Sequence record: LC819007.1
Direction: 5' to 3' (one strand)
DNA: 64,000 nt
Below, in pieces: positions 54,211 through 63,113 of this stretch. A program made the position numbers and the translations under genes. Numbering within the stretch: position 1 is the stretch's first letter; every line of letters begins with the position of its first letter. The notes under the pieces were generated by a model that saw nothing but the letters and a program-made list of their open reading frames with translations, made no database searches and had not been told where the DNA came from.

Positions 54211-57147
54211 ATGACTGCAACATTTTCCGATCTCTCAACCAGTCTGAATGCGTTTCGCTATAACCCGACCCGGATGCAGGCAGTGATCCTGCGGGCGGTG
54301 CGCGACGTGTACGACGGCAAGTACGACATCGTCGATCCGAGCAATCCCTTCGTGCACTTGGTGGAAGCCACGGCGACCGTCGGGGCTTCGGTGATGACCG
54401 AGTCGGCGGCAAATAACCGCAAGCAGTACGCCAAGGTTGCGCAGAACATGCAAGACCTGTATCGCCACATGAACTATGGCGACTTCACCGACATCTTCGC
54501 TTTGCCCTCACAGGCAGGCTTTGTGATCGGCTTCGACAAGGACGAGCTGATCTCCCGGATGGTCTCCGTGCCTGGCACCGAGATCCGCAAAATCGTGATT
54601 CCGCGTAACACCACGATCTCGATCTCGGGGGTGTTGTTCTCGTTGCAATATCCGATCGAGTTGCGGCAGTTGGCGCACGGTGGTTTGCAGGTGGTGTACG
54701 ACGTCTCCAAGACGACCCCGCTTAAGACCATCGAGTCGAACGTGATCGACTGGAAATCGATCCGGGACAGTTCGGGCAACGAACAGATCTTCTTCCCGGT
54801 AATGCTGGACCAGTTCAACATCACGACGCTGAGCGACGTGGTCAACAGCACGCAGAAGTTCTCGCTCTCCACCACGATCTCCGATCAGTTTTACTTTGCT
54901 CGGGTGTGGCGCGAAGCGTCGGATGGCAGCTGGGTGGAAATGGATACCACTTACAGCCAGGACATCTACAGCAACAACGGCCCGGTGGCAATTGTCAAGG
55001 TGGTGGACAAGCAGGTGACGGTAGAGATTCCGATCGTGTTCGTGAAGACCGGTCAGATCTCGGGCAAGATCCGCATGGACGTTTACCAGACCAAGGGGCC
55101 GCAAACGCTGGACCTCTCCAGCTTTGACTACAAGCAGTTCGTGGTCAACTGGCTGGCGATTGACGTGAACGAGCGGGACCAGTATGTCTCGCCGCTGAAG
55201 GCCATGACCTCGACCCAGGTGTATTCGAGCGCCATGACGACGGGTGGCCAGGACGCCATGACCTTTGACGCCCTGAAGGATCGGGTGATCTCGAATGCGT
55301 TTGGCTCCACGGTGTTGCCCATCACGCCGGCACAGGCTCAGAAGAAGCTGGAGCGCGATGGCTACAACATCGTGAAGAATCTGGACCACGTGACGGATCG
55401 GGTGTTTGCAGCAGCGCGTGCGATGCCGGACCCGACGGACACGGATCTGATCACCCCGGCCTCTGCCGGTATTCACACGCTCTCGGACACCATTGAACAT
55501 CTGAGCGTGTTGTCGACCACCTACAGCAACAACAACGGCGTGAGCCTGACGGTGACACCCAATACGCTGTACAAGGTGGTGGGTGGCGTGTTGCAGGTGT
55601 GCTCGGATTCCGAAGTGCAGTTGCTCAACTCGTTGCCGGGTGACAAGAAGGCCACGGCGATCACGCAGGGTGGGTATTTCTACTCGCCGTTCCACTACGT
55701 GTTCGATACCGACAACAACACCTTCGACTCGCGGGCCTACTACCTCGACTCGCCGGTAGTCAATTCGCGCAGCTACGTGGATGAGAACGACCTGACGCTG
55801 CTGTCAGTCGCCACAGGTTCGGCTGTCCTGCAGCGTACACCTTCGGGTTGGTCGTTGACGCTGGCGACGTCGTCGAGTGCGGAGTTCCAACAGCTGGATG
55901 ACGAGAACGTGCACGTCACGCTCGCCTACCAGCCGGATCGTTCGGGTGACTACGCCTATACCCTCGGCACACTGCTGGGTAAGCTGGATACGGGTGAGCG
56001 GGTGTATCAGTTCGACATCAAGACGAGCTACGACATCGATGCGAATAACTCGATGGAGTTGACCAACTTCATGATGTACGAGAACACCCAGCAGTTCCTG
56101 CGCACGACGCTGGAGCAAAGCTTTGACGTGTTCTGGTCAGTGTCGGTGCCGATGCCCTCGGGCTGGGAGCCGGCTGCATTCGATCCGTTGATTGGCCGCT
56201 TCCTGCTGCCGGAAGGTACTGTCGGTGTCTCGCGTGAACGAGTGGACCTGATTCTGGGTTATGCGTTGACGAACCTGTGGACGCGGGCCCGGACGGTGGT
56301 GGGTGAGAACGACTACGCGGTGTGGGATGTGGATGTGCAAGCCACTTACGAGAAGGACGTCTACCAAGCCGATCCGGTCACGGGTGCTGCATTCACGATC
56401 GTTAATGGCCAGCTCGTCTACACTAAGCTTCACGCTGCGGGTGATCTGCAATTTGAAGCGGACGGCACGACCCCGATCTACAAGTATCACAAGGGCGACA
56501 TCAAGAAGGATGCCTATGGCAATCCTGTCGTGGTGGGTGGGCGCAAACTCACACGTCAGATCGATCTGTTCCTGCTGGAAGCGCAGTATTTCTTCGCGAC
56601 CAACAAAGTCACGACCGATTACCGCAAGCAGCTGGTGGATACGATCGTGGGCTGGATCGCTAACGATCTGAAGAGCCTCTCGACGATGCTGCTGGACAAG
56701 ACCTCGATTTACTTCTATCCGGTGCAGAACGTGGGCTCGGTGGATGTGGTCTATGGTGCGGGTCTGAAGTCGACGATTGATGCGGGGCAGTATTTCAACC
56801 TGCGTCTGTACGTGAAGGACTCGGTCTACAAGAACGACAAGCTGCGTGATGCACTGACGCGGGCAACGGTGGTGACCTATAGCGAATGCTTGAAGTCGAA
56901 GACCGTGTCGAACTCGCAGATCGTGGATGCGCTGAAGACGACCTACGGCGATGACGTGGTGGCCTTTGATCAGGAAGGCTTGGGTGGTGAGGCAGCTTTG
57001 TCCATCTGCACGATGGTGGATGACTCGGCCCGTCTGACGTTGCGTAAGAAGCTGGAGTATCGTCCGGATCAGACGTTTGCGTTGCGGGAAGACGTGAACA
57101 TCGAGTTCGTGGCGGCAGAACGCGCTGGCGTGGTGTTCGACCAGTAA
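54211..57147 (+). CDS. large virion structural protein, putative baseplate wedge (phiKZ gp87-like by synteny)
   Basis: About 978 aa; start MTATFSDL; GGQDAMTFDALKDRVI resembles baseplate-J/wedge motifs. Confidence 0.7.
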   Translation: MTATFSDLSTSLNAFRYNPTRMQAVILRAVRDVYDGKYDIVDPSNPFVHLVEATATVGASVMTESAANNRKQYAKVAQNMQDLYRHMNYGDFTDIFALPSQAGFVIGFDKDELISRMVSVPGTEIRKIVIPRNTTISISGVLFSLQYPIELRQLAHGGLQVVYDVSKTTPLKTIESNVIDWKSIRDSSGNEQIFFPVMLDQFNITTLSDVVNSTQKFSLSTTISDQFYFARVWREASDGSWVEMDTTYSQDIYSNNGPVAIVKVVDKQVTVEIPIVFVKTGQISGKIRMDVYQTKGPQTLDLSSFDYKQFVVNWLAIDVNERDQYVSPLKAMTSTQVYSSAMTTGGQDAMTFDALKDRVISNAFGSTVLPITPAQAQKKLERDGYNIVKNLDHVTDRVFAAARAMPDPTDTDLITPASAGIHTLSDTIEHLSVLSTTYSNNNGVSLTVTPNTLYKVVGGVLQVCSDSEVQLLNSLPGDKKATAITQGGYFYSPFHYVFDTDNNTFDSRAYYLDSPVVNSRSYVDENDLTLLSVATGSAVLQRTPSGWSLTLATSSSAEFQQLDDENVHVTLAYQPDRSGDYAYTLGTLLGKLDTGERVYQFDIKTSYDIDANNSMELTNFMMYENTQQFLRTTLEQSFDVFWSVSVPMPSGWEPAAFDPLIGRFLLPEGTVGVSRERVDLILGYALTNLWTRARTVVGENDYAVWDVDVQATYEKDVYQADPVTGAAFTIVNGQLVYTKLHAAGDLQFEADGTTPIYKYHKGDIKKDAYGNPVVVGGRKLTRQIDLFLLEAQYFFATNKVTTDYRKQLVDTIVGWIANDLKSLSTMLLDKTSIYFYPVQNVGSVDVVYGAGLKSTIDAGQYFNLRLYVKDSVYKNDKLRDALTRATVVTYSECLKSKTVSNSQIVDALKTTYGDDVVAFDQEGLGGEAALSICTMVDDSARLTLRKKLEYRPDQTFALREDVNIEFVAAERAGVVFDQ

Positions 57148-57158
57148 GCGGCTAAGCG

Positions 57159-57193
57159 GCATAAGGGCCGGGGGTGACCCCGGCCTTTTATGC
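57159..57193. terminator. bidirectional terminator between convergent genes
   Basis: GCATAAGGGCCGGGG-GTGA-CCCCGGCCTTTTATGC near-perfect 15-bp stem. Confidence 0.85.
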
Positions 57194-57205
57194 TGTCGTG
57201 AGACT

Positions 57206-58282
57206 TTATGCGGTCAACACGTCGTAGGCGATCTTGTGGACCGTATCCAGACGCGTGCACAGTCCGACGTAAGCCGTCATGTCGGAGAGCACCTTCTGCA
57301 CCAGCTGAAGCTTCTGCACCGATTCTTCCGAACCGTCACTTTGCAGCTTTTGCACCTGACCCTGGAGGCTCTCGATATACTTCGTGAGCGTGTCCAGCGT
57401 GTAGGTGGCTTGTGCGTAGGTGATGGCTCGGCCGAGGATGGCGTTGTTCAGACCGTAGACAAACTTCATCAACGTGTCGTCGTTCTTGCTGCCTTCCTTG
57501 GCCTCGGTATTACAGACAGCCACCGCACGCATCAGATCAGCGATGTCGTCTTCGACGCCGTCAAGGTGTTCGACATCGGTCCGGGCGATCTTCTTGGCCA
57601 GACCCATAGCCGACTCGTAGGACGCATGGAAGGTCTGGTCCAACGAGACGCAGAACAGAACCAGACGTTCAGCCCCGAGGTTCTTCTCGATGGCTTCGGT
57701 CTTCTCTTCCATGAACTTCTCGACGGCTTCCTTGCGGGTGAACTTCTTGCCGAGGTAACCCTCAGCCCGCGCGAATGCTGTTTCGAGCACGTCCTTGCTG
57801 ATCACCTTCTCAGCGACGACGACATCACCTTGTTGCTTGGCAGCCTGGGCCGAGGAGTCCTTCGCCTTGTTGATGGCGGTCGCAGCATGTGCTGCTGCCG
57901 CGGCTTCACCGGACTTGGCTTGACGGATCACGTTATCGACCACCTTGGCCAATTGGTCATCCGTCGGACCCTTCAGATGTTTCAGTCCTTCTTCCCGCGC
58001 TTTCGCATCCTTACCGCGACCACCCAGGAACTTCTTGATGTGGTCGACGATACGACGGATAAACGCCATGATCGCTTCAACCATGCGCTTGACCACACCC
58101 AGCTTTTCCTTGCCGTCCTTCTTGGTGTCGGAGTCGGTGGATTCCAGCCCCACCGAGTACCACGACTTACCGAGCTTGACGCTGGTGCTGTAGTAGTCAA
58201 GCGTGCCTTGCGACACGGCCTTCTCCAACGCCTGGGCTTCCAGGGCGATAGAGTGTGCGAATTCTTCTGTGTTGTTATTCAC
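57206..58282 (-). CDS. internal head protein paralog
   Basis: 358 aa; IALEA, QALEK, VGLEST then VVKRMVEAIMAFIRRIVDHIKKFL helix. Confidence 0.7.
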   Translation of the reverse strand: MNNNTEEFAHSIALEAQALEKAVSQGTLDYYSTSVKLGKSWYSVGLESTDSDTKKDGKEKLGVVKRMVEAIMAFIRRIVDHIKKFLGGRGKDAKAREEGLKHLKGPTDDQLAKVVDNVIRQAKSGEAAAAAHAATAINKAKDSSAQAAKQQGDVVVAEKVISKDVLETAFARAEGYLGKKFTRKEAVEKFMEEKTEAIEKNLGAERLVLFCVSLDQTFHASYESAMGLAKKIARTDVEHLDGVEDDIADLMRAVAVCNTEAKEGSKNDDTLMKFVYGLNNAILGRAITYAQATYTLDTLTKYIESLQGQVQKLQSDGSEESVQKLQLVQKVLSDMTAYVGLCTRLDTVHKIAYDVLTA

Positions 58283-58296
58283 GATGGCTTGTCCTA

Positions 58297-59727
58297 TTAG
58301 CCGAGAATTGCTTCCGCTTCACCCTGCTCCATGCCGAGGTTCTTGGCCTCTGCCAGCACTTTCTCACGCAGCTTGGCGGAGACCGCTTGCTGCAGAGTTG
58401 CTTTCAGATTGGCCAGACCGCGCAGGAAGCCGATCAGCTGTCCGATCACCGAGTACGAGAACGCGATACGTTGCGTGGTCGGAATGATGACCTGCTTGTT
58501 GAAGTTCTTGAGTGCGTCGAGCGAGGCCTTGGCCTGTTGCTCCAGCTGCTTGTCCGGCGTGTACAGCTCCATGCGATACAGCGACTCGGTAAGCGTCTCC
58601 ATTCCGGAGAGGAGCTTCTGCTGGTCATGCATGTCCGACTCCAGCATCTCGCGACCGTAGATGAATGCGGCAGTCATCTTGGGCGACGCAGCCAAGCGGT
58701 AAAAGTCTTCCCACTTCTCAGCGCGATAGTCCGAGTTCAATTGCTTGAACGCGATCAGGGCTTTGGCGTGCGCGTCAGCAGCCGCGACGATCTTGCTGAA
58801 GTGGTCGCCCGTCACTGCTTTCTCGACGCCGTCGTAGTCCTTGCGGGACACTGCGCGTTGCAAGTCAGCGAGCAGGATGTTCACGTTGACGATGCTGTCT
58901 TCATGCGTGGCCATCAGCGGAGCGATACTGTCCTGATCACCCAGGAACTTGGTGACGAACGGCAGCTTCGAGAGCATCGCGTTCAGCTCCATCAGCAATG
59001 CTTCGTTGAACACTTCGGCCGGACGCATCGTATCGACCACCTGCAACAGCTTGGCGGTCTTCTCAGCCTTGGCTTTGGCTTGTGCGGCGACTTCCTGATC
59101 GTGCTCGGCTTGCTTAGCCGCTTCGTCAGCCTGACGCTGCAGCACAATCGCACGTTCCTTAGCCTGCTGGATGATCTCGGCCGTTTCTTTCTCGTAGCCG
59201 CCGAGTGCGGCACCCACTTGCTGCACTTCTTCCTTGGCCGTGCCCAGCAACTTCACGTTCTCGGGCGTGGTGATTTGCTTCTCACCGACACGCGAGACCA
59301 GGCCCTTGAACCAGCCGACGATCTTGCGATACATGTCGACGATGAAGTCCTTGATCTTCTGCAGGATGCCGCCCTTCTTTTCCTCGACCTCTTCGTTCGC
59401 CACCTGCAACAGCGTACGGCTCGGGTGTTTGGTGAAGAATTCGACCGGCCGGTCGTCATTCAGGAAGCCGGGCATCAGGCTTTCGCATTCCAGGGCGATG
59501 GTCTGATCCATGCCCTTGTTGGCCTTGATGCTGCCTTGCAACAGTTCGAGATCGCGCAGCTGCACTTCGAGGTCTTCGACGCCGACCGCGATCAAGTCGA
59601 TGTCATCACGCAGCTCGGGAAGTTCCCCGTTGTCGCTTTCCTTGAAAGCGTTGACGGTAACTGCCGGGGCTGCTTTCGGTTCCATGCTGTCGTCTGCCAG
59701 CAGGAATTCGTCATTCAATCCGGACAT
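58297..59727 (-). CDS. internal head protein paralog
   Basis: Start MSGLNDEF; IALECE, VANEE then ILQKIKDFIVDMYRKIVGWFKGL helix. Confidence 0.7.
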   Translation of the reverse strand: MSGLNDEFLLADDSMEPKAAPAVTVNAFKESDNGELPELRDDIDLIAVGVEDLEVQLRDLELLQGSIKANKGMDQTIALECESLMPGFLNDDRPVEFFTKHPSRTLLQVANEEVEEKKGGILQKIKDFIVDMYRKIVGWFKGLVSRVGEKQITTPENVKLLGTAKEEVQQVGAALGGYEKETAEIIQQAKERAIVLQRQADEAAKQAEHDQEVAAQAKAKAEKTAKLLQVVDTMRPAEVFNEALLMELNAMLSKLPFVTKFLGDQDSIAPLMATHEDSIVNVNILLADLQRAVSRKDYDGVEKAVTGDHFSKIVAAADAHAKALIAFKQLNSDYRAEKWEDFYRLAASPKMTAAFIYGREMLESDMHDQQKLLSGMETLTESLYRMELYTPDKQLEQQAKASLDALKNFNKQVIIPTTQRIAFSYSVIGQLIGFLRGLANLKATLQQAVSAKLREKVLAEAKNLGMEQGEAEAILG

Positions 59728-59803
59728 GGTGGATGTTCTCTCAATAATCAATGGAATAAAGCTCCAGTGGACCGCGTCCACTGGAGCTCTGTGTTGCTGA
59801 AGC

Positions 59804-61132
59804 TTAGAACTCGATCTGGAAGCCCTTGCCGTTCAGTGCCTTGACCAGCTGGGCTTTCTGCTCTTGCGACAGACCCGAACCAGCGTTGACTACCGCCTTC
59901 TCGAATGCGTCGACCAGACCCATCAGGGACTTGCCCACTTCGTTGATCGAGGACACTGCATCAGCCCGCACCTTCCACAGCCGCAGAATGTCTGCACCGA
60001 GCTTGGCAAGACGACGATAGAGGCCAGCGATCTTCTGCGCGAAAGCATTGCACTTCTCAGCCGGGACATCGTCCGGGATCATTTCCAGGATGTCTTCGAG
60101 CTTGGTCATGTCGCTCATCTGGATCACGTGCTTGACCGCGCCCACCATGTTTTCGACCTGTTGCTGAATCGACACGCGCTTGAAGTCTTCGGCGGCCTGG
60201 GAGACGTTCTCGTACAGCTGATTGAACGGCACCGGCTTGTCATCGCCCATCTCGGACGATTCCTGGTCGTTGACCACCATGTTCTTCTCGAACGCGTCCA
60301 GCTCATGGGCAATGCCGTCGATGCCTTCGATGGCCTGATAGAACTGCTCAGCATGGCGCGTCTTCATTGCCGTGTCGGCAGCCTTGCTGGCCTTGAAGAG
60401 GATCTGGGCGATCGCCGAGTTCGCATCTTCCTTGAACAGCTCTTGCACCGAGACGATGCCCTTGGCCAGTCGGTAGTGCACCGGGTTCTCCGACATCTGC
60501 TGTTCCAGACGTTCAGCCGAGGAATGCAGGCCGTTCAGCTGATCGGTCAGGCTCGCTGCGTAGGCTTTGGAGTCGCCATCGATCCAGCGCGCGATTTCAT
60601 CCGCGGCTTCAGCGGGATCATCCGGCAGGCTGGTGATATAGGCGATCGCTTCCTTGTTGCGGCGTTCAGCGACGAACTGCTGCAGGCTTTCGTCCAGCTC
60701 GGTGGCGCCGGGCTTAGAGAACTTGGCCGTGAGCCAGCTCATGAAACGCTTGTACAGATCCGCCACGAAGGTACGTACCTTCTGCACGATGGCCTTCAGG
60801 GTCTCTGTAACGGCCTTCACGCCGTCGTTGAGCCCTTCCAGCGACGGACGGTGCGTAAATACGGCGTGACCGCCTGCGCGCTTCAGGAAGCCCGGATCGA
60901 GCTTGTCGAGTTCGCGCGCCATATCGAGATTGATGCCTTCGATGGCCATGCGCGAGCCCAGTGCTTCGAGGGCGCACGCGGCGTCATCCAGCACGTCGAG
61001 ATCGTCCTGCACCAGGTATTCACCCGGCAGCTCCATGTCCGCGTCTTCCGCCCGGTCTTCTTCACCGGAGAGCGGTACGTTGGTGATTTCGAGTTCCGGT
61101 TCGTCCTCGATAACGAGAATCTTCAGGGACAT
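59804..61132 (-). CDS. internal head protein paralog
   Basis: 442 aa; CALEA, PSLEG then LKAIVQKVRTFVADLYKRFMSWL helix; AAGGAG RBS. Confidence 0.7.
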   Translation of the reverse strand: MSLKILVIEDEPELEITNVPLSGEEDRAEDADMELPGEYLVQDDLDVLDDAACALEALGSRMAIEGINLDMARELDKLDPGFLKRAGGHAVFTHRPSLEGLNDGVKAVTETLKAIVQKVRTFVADLYKRFMSWLTAKFSKPGATELDESLQQFVAERRNKEAIAYITSLPDDPAEAADEIARWIDGDSKAYAASLTDQLNGLHSSAERLEQQMSENPVHYRLAKGIVSVQELFKEDANSAIAQILFKASKAADTAMKTRHAEQFYQAIEGIDGIAHELDAFEKNMVVNDQESSEMGDDKPVPFNQLYENVSQAAEDFKRVSIQQQVENMVGAVKHVIQMSDMTKLEDILEMIPDDVPAEKCNAFAQKIAGLYRRLAKLGADILRLWKVRADAVSSINEVGKSLMGLVDAFEKAVVNAGSGLSQEQKAQLVKALNGKGFQIEF

Positions 61133-61141
61133 GTTCGCTCC

Positions 61142-61594
61142 TTATGCCGTAGCGAAGTTGTCTTCGATGACGTTGCAGATGTGCAGATACACGCGGCCGA
61201 TGGCCTGGTTGTTCGTGTTGCAGAACGCGATCGTTTCCGGCGAGAAGAACTTCGGCACGCCGAACACCGAGCAGAAGAAGTCGCCCGGTACTTGATCCAT
61301 ACGTGGGCACTTGTGGATTGCTTCGTAGCGCAGCAACCAGAAGTTGCGGGCAAAGTCGAGCGCGAGTGCCGTGTCGAGCACGGAGACTTCGTTCAGCGAG
61401 CTGACCACGCGCTTGGCGAACGATTCCACCGTCATGCGGTAGTGCGTTTCAGCGTCGTCCACTTCCGAGGACGGCAATACGGCGTTGCACGCGCAGGCAT
61501 AACCGATAGCGATGGCGGCGATACGATGACGCTCCTGCACAGGGCCCTGGAGCGATTGCATCACATTCACGAAGGGAAAGAGTTTTGCATTCAT
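61142..61594 (-). CDS. hypothetical protein
   Basis: 150-aa ORF in tiling. Confidence 0.7.
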   Translation of the reverse strand: MNAKLFPFVNVMQSLQGPVQERHRIAAIAIGYACACNAVLPSSEVDDAETHYRMTVESFAKRVVSSLNEVSVLDTALALDFARNFWLLRYEAIHKCPRMDQVPGDFFCSVFGVPKFFSPETIAFCNTNNQAIGRVYLHICNVIEDNFATA

Positions 61595-61659
61595 GGTGAA
61601 CTTTGTAAATCTGAATGGGGTGGTAAAAGCCAGGGATATACTATCCCTGGCCTGTGCGT

Positions 61660-62931
61660 TTAACTTGCGCCGAGTTGTGCTGCACGCACGAAGAGATCGT
61701 TGGCAGCCAGGCTTTCGAGACGGTCCGTGTACTCACGCGAGGCACGGGCATCCATCTTGCCGCGACGGAGCATGTCCATGAATTTGACGATCAGCGCCGG
61801 GTCCGTATCACCCCGGTAACCCTGGATGATCTTGTCGGTAAGCTCGATGCTGGCGATTTCTTCCAGCAGCTCTTCCTTGGGCAGATCCATCGTCTTGATC
61901 TTCTCGACGAACTGGTTGCGCATCTTCGTTGCGTTCTGCTTGAAGGTCGTGATATCCGGCGCGTTACCGGCGTCCTTGAAACCGCTGAAGACTTCGTAGC
62001 CACCGAAGAGCAGGATACCCAGACCGACGGGTCCCAGGATCGGCGTCGTGATAATACCGAAGAGGGCCCAACCGAGACCCTGCAGGATGCCATAGCTGCG
62101 CGGCTCGCCGCCCATGAACTTCGCACGCATCGTGACGATCGCGCGGCCTGCGCCGTGACGGGCTGCGAAGATGTCGGCGAGTTCTTCTGCGGTGTCCATC
62201 GAGAAGTAACGCTTGTTGTCGAGCTTGCGCGGCTCGATTGCCACAGCGGTCGCCAGCACACGGAAGGCCACTTCGGCCGACGCGTTCTCGTCGATGCTTT
62301 CCAGCCAGTCCTTGTTGTCGATGGCCATGTTGTCCGCGGCCTTCGTCAAGATCAGCTTGACCTTCTTGTCGGCTTGACCGTTGGTCAGTTCCGCCCAGGT
62401 ACGCTGAAGCACGATGCTGGTGACGACCGTGTCGGTGAGGAACTGCAGGAACGTGTAGGCGTGACCCACTTCGTGCAGAATCACCCCTGCCGTTTCTTCC
62501 GGCGTGAACGTCGTGCCAAACAGGAACAGCTGGCCGATAAACATGCGGTGCATGATCTCGGAGAGCGCACCGCCGACGCGGGCGTTCGCCGGGTCGATCC
62601 AGCCCTTCTTCTCCAGATTGTAGAAGGAGAGCTTGTCGGCGTTGAAGTTCTTTTCGAGGAACTTGTTGAGTTCCGCACGGTTCAGCGCATTGCCACGCGT
62701 GAGCGACGGAATCATCACACAGGCGTTGTCGTAGTTGGGGATCACGCGGGCATTGGTGAGAATGCCGGTGTGCTCGTACACACACTTGTCGATGCGGACG
62801 CTGAACTTGTTGACGGCGTCTTGTGACTTATCGCCAGCCGCACGCACATCCTGGACGATCAGTGTAAGGGCCTTGAAAAAGGCGTCGGACTGGAAAGCAA
62901 TGCTTTCGTTCCCGATGAAGAGGAGGTTCAT
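61660..62931 (-). CDS. HExxH putative zinc metalloprotease with hydrophobic C-terminal hairpin
   Basis: GVILHEVGHAY; EELADIFA third-ligand-like motif; GILQGLGWALFGIITTPILGPVGLGILLFGG segment. Confidence 0.65.
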   Translation of the reverse strand: MNLLFIGNESIAFQSDAFFKALTLIVQDVRAAGDKSQDAVNKFSVRIDKCVYEHTGILTNARVIPNYDNACVMIPSLTRGNALNRAELNKFLEKNFNADKLSFYNLEKKGWIDPANARVGGALSEIMHRMFIGQLFLFGTTFTPEETAGVILHEVGHAYTFLQFLTDTVVTSIVLQRTWAELTNGQADKKVKLILTKAADNMAIDNKDWLESIDENASAEVAFRVLATAVAIEPRKLDNKRYFSMDTAEELADIFAARHGAGRAIVTMRAKFMGGEPRSYGILQGLGWALFGIITTPILGPVGLGILLFGGYEVFSGFKDAGNAPDITTFKQNATKMRNQFVEKIKTMDLPKEELLEEIASIELTDKIIQGYRGDTDPALIVKFMDMLRRGKMDARASREYTDRLESLAANDLFVRAAQLGAS

Positions 62932-63113
62932 AAACTCTCAGCCATGAATTGTTGAAATTGACGCCTGCTCGGAGCTTTCCGTTAAAGAAAAACCCCTTGG
63001 TCTATTGTTTGATCAGCGGGCATATGGCTCGCGCTAACCATCACAAGAATACCCTTACAAACGCAGCGATAGTGTCATACTAAAAGGCACGGTCCGCGGT
63101 TCGAGCACAAGTT

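Noticed and set aside
40748-61663. Very long plus-strand ORFs antisense to head genes (e.g. 47404-49992, 862 aa; 59864-61663; 44655-46190; 58255-59844)
   Set aside because: Shadow frames from strong GC3 codon bias on the coding strand; the translations are R/L/V/H-rich with no motifs or RBS and fully overlap well-supported genes
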